64,000 nucleotides of DNA from Eledone cirrhosa. Its lineage: Eukaryota. Numbering within the stretch: the stretch's first letter is position 1; every line of letters starts with the position of its first letter. The DNA lies in assembly GCA_964016885.1 (NCBI GenBank), contig OZ024741.1, positions 233,182,001 through 233,246,000 of the forward strand. The letters are read 5' to 3'. The translations under genes and the position numbers were made by a program. Positions 55,859-64,000 of this stretch are shown here, in pieces. Under the pieces are notes generated by a model, which saw nothing but the letters and a program-made list of their open reading frames with translations, was not told where the DNA came from and made no database searches.

Positions 55859-55902
<44 letters not shown>

Positions 55903-56422
55903 ACAAAATCCTCGTAATTGGTCGGGCGAGGATTAGGCACACACCTATGTCATTTTTCCCGATAAGAATCATGGACATACAGTCTCATATATATGGTCAT
56001 TGGTGCAATAATTTTCCATAATCCCCGACCTGACCTTCACCAATAAGGATGGGAAAAGATCTGACCAGGTTATATTTGATAAGATTAAAGAAAATATGGT
56101 AGAAAACTAGCAGAATTAATTTTAATGTATCTAAATTGAAATACGGTGGTCACTGCACAGTGGAGCTTGACCCAGAACAACGTGGTTACAAAGTGATCAC
56201 TTTAACCACATAAACATGTCTGCACACCTATGCTTAACTACATAGCTATACCATATATATCCACTTTTCTAAAAAAACAAATCATACACAAAACGCCAGC
56301 ACCAACAGTTTGGCAAGAGATGTCAACATGAATGGACCTGTTATTTTTATCTAAGGACAGTTTTTCCACTTCCATCCCGTCCATCCCGTCCATCCCCTCA
56401 ATCTATTTTATTTCTCATTCTT

Positions 56423-56458
56423 TCTTCTGATGAGGGACTAGCGTCCGAAATGTTAAGA
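56423..56458 (+). ncRNA. Minimal type I hammerhead-like motif
   Basis: tctt-CTGATGA-g-ggac-tagc-gtcc-GAAA-tg-TT-aaga. Confidence 0.65.
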
Positions 56459-56544
56459 CCCTCTTCCTGCTATATCAAGTGTTAACCTAATATATACCTT
56501 CCATATACTGTACCGATTGTGTTGTTATTTCTGTTTACCTTTTA

Positions 56545-57421
<877 letters not shown>

Positions 57422-57595
57422 ATTATGTATGTATGCATGTGTATCCATATAACTAAATGGCCATTCCCCCACGCCCCCACTATTCAACAATTCTCCATCA
57501 GTCGACCATATAAGGAAATTCACCCTCAGCTGCTCTATCAGCTTCTTCTGAACATGTGAACATGTGCTCATGTGATCATGTTCACTGCTACTTTT

Positions 57596-57672
<77 letters not shown>

Positions 57673-57820
57673 TTATATATACATTATAGAAAATACATGG
57701 CAAACTGGTGTGTACATTCCTAATTACATGGAGTTTCCCGAAGCAAGCTGATGTTATAGCTGCTTCGTTCTTCAGATTATACACAGACAGACACAGACAG
57801 ACAGACACACACGCACACAT

Positions 57821-57855
<35 letters not shown>

Positions 57856-57939
57856 TCATACATATATAAATATATATATATATATATACGTGTGTGTGTG
57901 TGTATGTGTGTGTGTGTTTGTGTGTGTGTATAACTTTGA

Positions 57940-59415
57940 TAACTTAGATAGGTTTCGGCCAGTATTGGCCCAGGGCATGTTTAACTTAATAGCACCACCT
58001 GGCGAAGTCTTTTAAATCAGGATTTGGACACCATGGCCCACTCAAGTTTACAGAGACATATCCGGGTGTAGGAGGTTTATCTGGGATTTATTGAAGAAAT
58101 TTGTCCAAAGACTTCTTGAACTTTATGGCGTCTGTTTCTGTTTTGATGTGTTTTGGTGTAATGTTGAAGAGAGTGGAACCAATTGAGGTGAAATAATTGA
58201 GCCGTATTCTTGAGATGCGAGTGTGATTTTTGTGACTCAAGCCTTGGGTTTACCTTAAATGTGGACAATGCTGATGGAATATTTTCCACGTCATGCAGAT
58301 AATGTAGCGTTCACGGCGACGTTGGAGAGAATAAAGTTTGAGTTTTTCTAGTCAAGGCCTGACATACCATCTATCTTTTTCGTGATTGACTTTTGAGGAG
58401 CTTCAATTTTCATGATACTTTGTTTCGCGTGGGGAGACCACAGTGGACAACAGTGTACAAGATGGGGTCGAACAGAAATGGAAAAGAGAAGGATAATAGT
58501 GTGGATATCTCTCGACTGGAAGGTTCTAAGAATCCAGGAACACATTCTGCAGGCCATGTCAACTTTGCTTTTTATATGAGTGGCCCAACTCCTGTTGTTG
58601 TCCACAATTACTCCCAAGTCTCTGATGGTGTTGGATGCCATGAGAGTTTCACCTGAAGGAAGGGAGTAACGGAATTTCCACTTTTGAGTTTCCACTTTTA
58701 CAAAGTGGATTAACTAAAATTTATCCTCGTTCAGCAGCATATTGTTCTTTTTCGCCCATTGGATAACAGCCAGTAGGTCTGACTGAAAGCATGTCCGGTC
58801 ACCCACTTCATTGATGACCCTTTGGAGCTTGGAATCATCTGCAAAGATTCTTATGCTGCTGTGGTTGATGATGTCAGTAATGTCACTAATGTAGATGATG
58901 AAAAGAAGTGGGCCCAACACAGTGCCTTGCGGAACGCCACTGCTGACTTTGGCTGGGCTTGATTTTATTCCTTCGACTACAACATGTTGGTCTCTGTCTG
59001 TCAGGAAACACGTGATCCACTGTAGTAACTTTCCAGACACGCCAATGTTAGATATTTTTTTCAATAGAATCTTGTGATCGACCCTGTCAAAGGCCTTGCT
59101 GAAATCAAGGTAGATGACATCAGTGTTGGAGCCCTCTCCCAAAGCTCGTAAAATGTCATGTGATGCAAGAGCTGCGTTAGGCAGTCCCTTCCATTACAGA
59201 ACCCATGTTGCTTTCAAGAAGGTGGGTTATTCGTGATCTCACCACCCTCTCAAATACCTTCATGAATGAGATGTGAGAGAGATCGGACAGTACTTCAAAA
59301 CAAGGGACTTGTTTCCCTTTTTGAAAACTGGGACGACAGACTGGGACAGAAAGTGTTCAGGAATATAGCCAGTATCCAGTGAGTTCCTCCACAGATAGCA
59401 AGAGGGGATGCAAGT
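57940..59415 (-). mobile_element. CR1-type LINE RT remnant
   Basis: DVIYLDFSKAFDRVDH, SGVPQGTVLGPLLF, IFADDSK, RDLGVIVD, VRPHLVHCCPLWSP, LYSLQRRRERY. Confidence 0.92.
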
Positions 59416-59431
59416 TGTTTCTCTCTCTATA

Positions 59432-59610
59432 TATATATATCAATCTATGTATATATATATATATATATATCAATCTATGTATATATATATATATATATAT
59501 CAATCTATGTATATATATATATATATATCAATCTATGTATATATATATATATATCAATCTATGTATATATATATATATATCAATCTATGTATATATATAT
59601 ATATATATAT
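59432..59610. repeat. Compound minisatellite (caatctatgt + variable (TA)n) x6
   Basis: caatctatgt at 59441, 59471, 59501, 59529, 59555, 59581. Confidence 0.9.
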
Positions 59611-59643
59611 ATAAGATCAAAAATGGTTAAAAGAGTTCCATGT

Positions 59644-59712
59644 ATTTTATTATGCGCATTTCAAAAACAAATATCATCATGAGATGATATTTGCGTTTTC
59701 GTCAGATAAAAT
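59644..59712 (-). ncRNA. Type I hammerhead ribozyme inside a small element with short inverted repeats
   Basis: attttat-CTGACGA-aaac..aaatatcatc-tcat-gatgatattt-gttttt-GAAA-tgcgca-TA-ataaaat. IR 'tataagatcaaaaatgg' at ~59610 and ~59776-59792. Confidence 0.82.
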
Positions 59713-59879
59713 AGGGATACATGATATGAAGGTTAAAAAAATACTTGTGAATAGTGGAGTTTTAAATCAGCATACCATCTTTTGATCTTATATTATTTAT
59801 ACTCCAGTCCTACAAACTGTAGAGTGCTACTTATCCGATATCTGCATTGCTTTATTGTACTACAATAAAACTCACCTCC

Positions 59880-59956
<77 letters not shown>

Positions 59957-60419
59957 GTATTACGTATATGTGTGTGTTAGTGTCTATGTATGTGTGTATA
60001 TATAAAGCATCTATCTATATATCTATCTATCTCTTTGCGTGTCTGTCTATATTTCTGTGTGCTACCTAATATAATTTTACCTGAAAAGAAATGTCTACTT
60101 TTTCTTTCAATTATGAAGTGAAATATTTAATGAAAACAACACTTTTGCCTTACATTCTTCCAGACCAGGAAGTTCTGATTTAAACAAATTGGCAACTGGC
60201 CAGCTAAAACAATTAATGAATATATATTATGGCGGATAAGCTACTGGATCCTTAACTTCTTATGGAGTTGTAGGAGCGCCGTCCTGACACACGGCATGTT
60301 TTGGGAGGTGGGGGTAACCTGGTGGAAACCAGACGTCTCTTTGTCATAAAATAGCCGATGTCTTTCAGAGGAAGAAATAAAAACAGAAAGAGAGTGTATG
60401 ATAAAGAGATAGAGAAAGA

Positions 60420-60550
60420 ATCGACCCCTAGTATTTGACTGGTACTTTATCTATTGACCTTGGACGGTTGAAAGACAAAGCTAACCTCGGCGGGATTTGA
60501 ACACAAAGCATAGGAAGCCGGAACAGTGTCAGAGGTATTTTTAATCCAAC
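60420..60550 (-). mobile_element. Diverged SINE copy
   Basis: gactggtactttat..ttgaccttggacggttgaaagacaaagctaacctcggcgggatttgaac. Confidence 0.7.
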
Positions 60551-60627
60551 GCCCTAACAACCAATGGACCGTCTACGACCGACAAACTTCTAGGAATTAG
60601 TTATCCCCTACTACCACATTAAATAAT

Positions 60628-60812
60628 TGTTTCTACTTTAGGCACAAGGCCAGCAATTACCCAGTGCATTACTGGTACTTTATTTTATCGACCCCGTAAG
60701 GATGAAAGGCAAAGTCAACCTCGGCGGGATTTGAACTCAGATCGTAAAGGGACGTAATTATGCTGGAAAGCATGGCGTCCGACCCTCTACTGATACTGCC
60801 AATCCACCGTCC
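60628..60812 (-). mobile_element. Full-length tRNA-derived SINE with 18-bp TSD (actaccacattaaataat)
   Basis: TSD at 60610-60627 and 60813-60830; nearly identical to the 13478 copy. Confidence 0.93.
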
Positions 60813-61629
60813 ACTACCACATTAAATAATGAAAGTAAGGGGAAGACTGGTGGAATGAGAGACTCTACACTCTAGTCTATGCTGTATAATTCAACTGCGC
60901 TTCGCGGACAAAATGGCCAAGGCATTGCCGCGAAGAATAGCCAGCGACATCTTCTGCATCAGCCACTCAACCTCACGAGAAATCTTCCTGAGGCACTCCT
61001 CCTAATCTCCTCTCTCTCTCTCTCACTCTCTCTCTCTCGAAATCGATTGTGTTCAGAAGGGATGGGCACCGCCAGGCTTAAAGTGCCGTAGACACAACGT
61101 ATGTCATGACGGTGCCCCTGCGACGCCGTTAGGAATTAAAGGTGATTACATATATACAATATGGAAACTGTGGGAAAGCCGGCCAGAAGTCTCGTTCCTG
61201 TTGATGGATGGATAGATTTAATCCGCAACCCAGTTTAACAGTCTTCTGCTGTGATATACATGCGGTTTGTCTACATTCACATGTAGAGTTCACAGCGCAG
61301 CTTCGTTGAGAGGATGAATGTCTCAGTCTTCGCAGCAATGACTTTCATTCCTGCCATGCAGCACTTGGAAACACACTTATCGGAGATCACCTTCTGACGA
61401 GTTAAGTAATACCATGTTTTTTTTTTATTTCAATGCAATTAGCATATTTTGAAATATATTCACTTACCAGTTGCGTTGAGGAAAAAATACCTCAGGGAAA
61501 CGTTTTGCATGACATGCTTATATGTTAAACTAATAATACTTTTTGCAATGTTTCCCCGTGTTTATCTTTCTCTTACATTCGACTATATATTTCACATATT
61601 TTAGAAGTTTGTTGTCCACATGATAGTGC

Positions 61630-61975
61630 ACTGTATTGGGGCCTAGGTAATGTCATGCCCCTTCTTTGAATAGCTGTTCGTTTGTGCTGGTATATAACTT
61701 CTGTCTTTTTAACACTAGGCCAAACACTTTTGCTGCAGAGGAAAACCGGCTTACAACGTTTTGTGCTTCCCAGAAAGAATTAGCTACTAGAAGCCGCATC
61801 GTCTGCAAACAAGAAGTCTAAAAGTATTTTTGTTCTAGTAAGGGTCTTCGCCTTTTCTGATTGAAAAATCCACCTGATGTTTTAAATTGAAACAAAACAC
61901 CATCATTATAGTCCTTGAAGGCATATTCTAGCAACAGATAAGCGTAAATAGCAAATAAAACAGGGGTCATTATGC
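61630..61975 (-). mobile_element. Old AT-rich RTE RT remnant
   Basis: CIMTPVLFAIY and LLFADDAALVA, followed by FGLVLKRQK. Confidence 0.75.
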
Positions 61976-64000
61976 ACTTACTTGTACGTGTACTTGTGTC
62001 GACATTCACCCTGGACGGGTTGAGCCGGCTTTTTCCCTTGTCCTGGCGGCATCCCGAACCATGGCAGCCCACGCACGACGGTCCCGGGCTAGGTCACTGG
62101 AGATAGCGAGCCAGTCACGGTTCCATCGGCGCAGGCTGACCACCTGCGGACCTAAGAGTTCGGAGAGGTCCTCCTTGATCGTCGTTGCCCAGGTCTTCAG
62201 CTGCCCGCCAACGCGCTTGCGACAGTTAGGGAGTGGAGGTGGGAGGAGAACATCGCGGATCAGCTCCTCCTCAGGGCACCGGGCCGCGTGACCAAACCAT
62301 CTCAAGCGCCGTTGCAGAAACACTGAAGGAAGGGGTCGAAGATTCAGGCGAAGACAAAGACTGGCGGTAGGTACCCGATCAACGAGTCGGCAGCGAAGAA
62401 TGTGACGGAGACAGTCATTGTCGAATACTTCCAGCTCTCGTTGATCGACTACCCTCATAGGCCATGTTTCACAGCCATAGAGGGGGATAGTGCGAACGAT
62501 GGCCTGGTAGATTCGCCCTTTGGTCACCGAGGTGATATCTCTTCTGTCCCACAGACACCGCTGGAGGCGCCCAAAAGCGGATCTGGCAGCACCTATGCGG
62601 CGCTTGACCTCGGCTGCGCCCTGTCCCATTGGAACCACTGTTGAGCCCAGGTAAGCGAAGGACTCCACATCCTCCAGGTCACACCCTCGAGAGATATTGG
62701 CTGCCAGGCATCAGGCGAGACCAGTAACGTCATGACTTTCGACTTGGCGGCATTGATTCGTAGACCAACAGCGGCGGCTGCAGTGTGTACCCTTTCGAGA
62801 GCACCTTGTACATCTGTTCCGTTAGCGCCCATCAGCACGATGTCATCCGCGTAGGCCAGGTCCGTCACCACTACCCCTCTCCCGACCTCTACGCCCGGGT
62901 AATCCCGGAGCACTGTGTTGAGAGTGTAGTCAATGGTGTAGTTAAAGAGAGTTGGCAATAGCGCCGAACACCGGTCCCAACATCGAACGACACTGTCTCC
63001 CACACCATAGACCCTCACTCGAGCCCGAGTCGACCGGTAGTAGCCTTGTATGAGACGAAGCAGCTTCACTGGGATGCCGTCCACCTGCATTATACGCCAT
63101 AGGGCTTCCCGATCTACCGAGTCGAAGGCAGCTGCAAAGTCGATGAAGCAGAGGACGGTAGGCTGTTGATGTGCCCACCGTTGTTCCAGGACACGCTGGA
63201 GAATGAAGATTTGATCGACGCACCCCCTCCCCGGACGGAAGCCGCCCTGAGAAGGACGGGTACGGACATCACGGATGGCCTGAAACCTCTTCAGCAGAAG
63301 AATTGCGAAGGTCTTGGCAGCAACGTCAATTAAACTGATACCCCTGTAGTTGGAACACAGTTTCCTGTCGCCCTTTTTGAAGAAGGGTAGGAGAGTTGCC
63401 TCGCTCCAGTCACCAGGGAACCGCTCCGTCGCCCACACCGAGGAGAAGACTCGATGGAGCCAAGCTGCGAAAACATCAGGCTCGGCCTTGTAGACCTCAG
63501 CTGAAACGCCTTGTTGTTCCGGAGATGTGTCAGGACACCACGTACCTCCTCGACCGTTGGAGGGGCAGTGCTGCACCCATATTCTTCTCCGGAAGGCTGC
63601 ACGTAGGTTGGCGTGGATGGTGGCGGGTGGTTGAGCAGCTCGGAGAAATGGTCCCGCCATCGGACTAGCTGGTCATTAAGATTGGTAATGACCGCCCCGT
63701 TCCGATCACGGATCGTCTCGCTGATACCCGTACTGCTTCGGCTGGCCCGCTTCACCAGTTGGTAGAGCTTGCGCGAGTCACCACAGGCTGCTGCCCTCTC
63801 CGTCTGCTCCGCAAACTCGCGCCAGTGTGCATTCCGATCGGCCCGAATAGTCCGAGATGTGCGACGTCTGAGATCTCGAAGATTGGGTGCATCCTCGAGT
63901 CGGGCCACTCTCGCCCTCTCCTCGAGTTCAAGAGTGCCGCCGGAGATCCAGTCCCGATAGCGTCTTTGGGTCGACCCGAGATGCTCCCTGGCCACCTCAA
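61976..64000 (-). mobile_element. GC-rich RTE-type LINE (RT and C-terminus; continues beyond the window)
   Basis: NYRGISL, QGGFRPGRGCVDQIF, FIDFAAAFDSVDR, LAYADD, YLGS, YGCETW, RLRWFGH; 3' tail (caagta)-like repeats at 61976-61997. Confidence 0.95.

Overview
Animal nuclear DNA. The SINE families and the extreme (TA)n/(CA)n/(GA)n load suggest an octopod cephalopod (inference). Most 'YIYI/CVCV' ORFs in the track are microsatellite artefacts. The window is dominated by decayed retroelements: at least 7 Penelope-like element (PLE) copies or fragments, RTE-type LINEs (one with a PHD finger inserted after the RT core), L1/Tx1-type LINEs stacked in (GATA)n tracts, a CR1-type LINE and about 9 tRNA-derived SINE copies. 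Host coding signal is limited to a ~400-codon Lys/Arg-rich probable terminal exon (+, 13748-14966) and a minus-strand signal-peptide exon plus EGF-like exon (32394-30427). The most striking pattern is 14 type-I hammerhead-ribozyme-like motifs, several with variant cores, from several unrelated sequence families. They sit in PLE termini and in short non-coding fold-back, palindromic or tandem elements embedded in (TA)n tracts. All calls are by-eye motif reading; no database searches were run.
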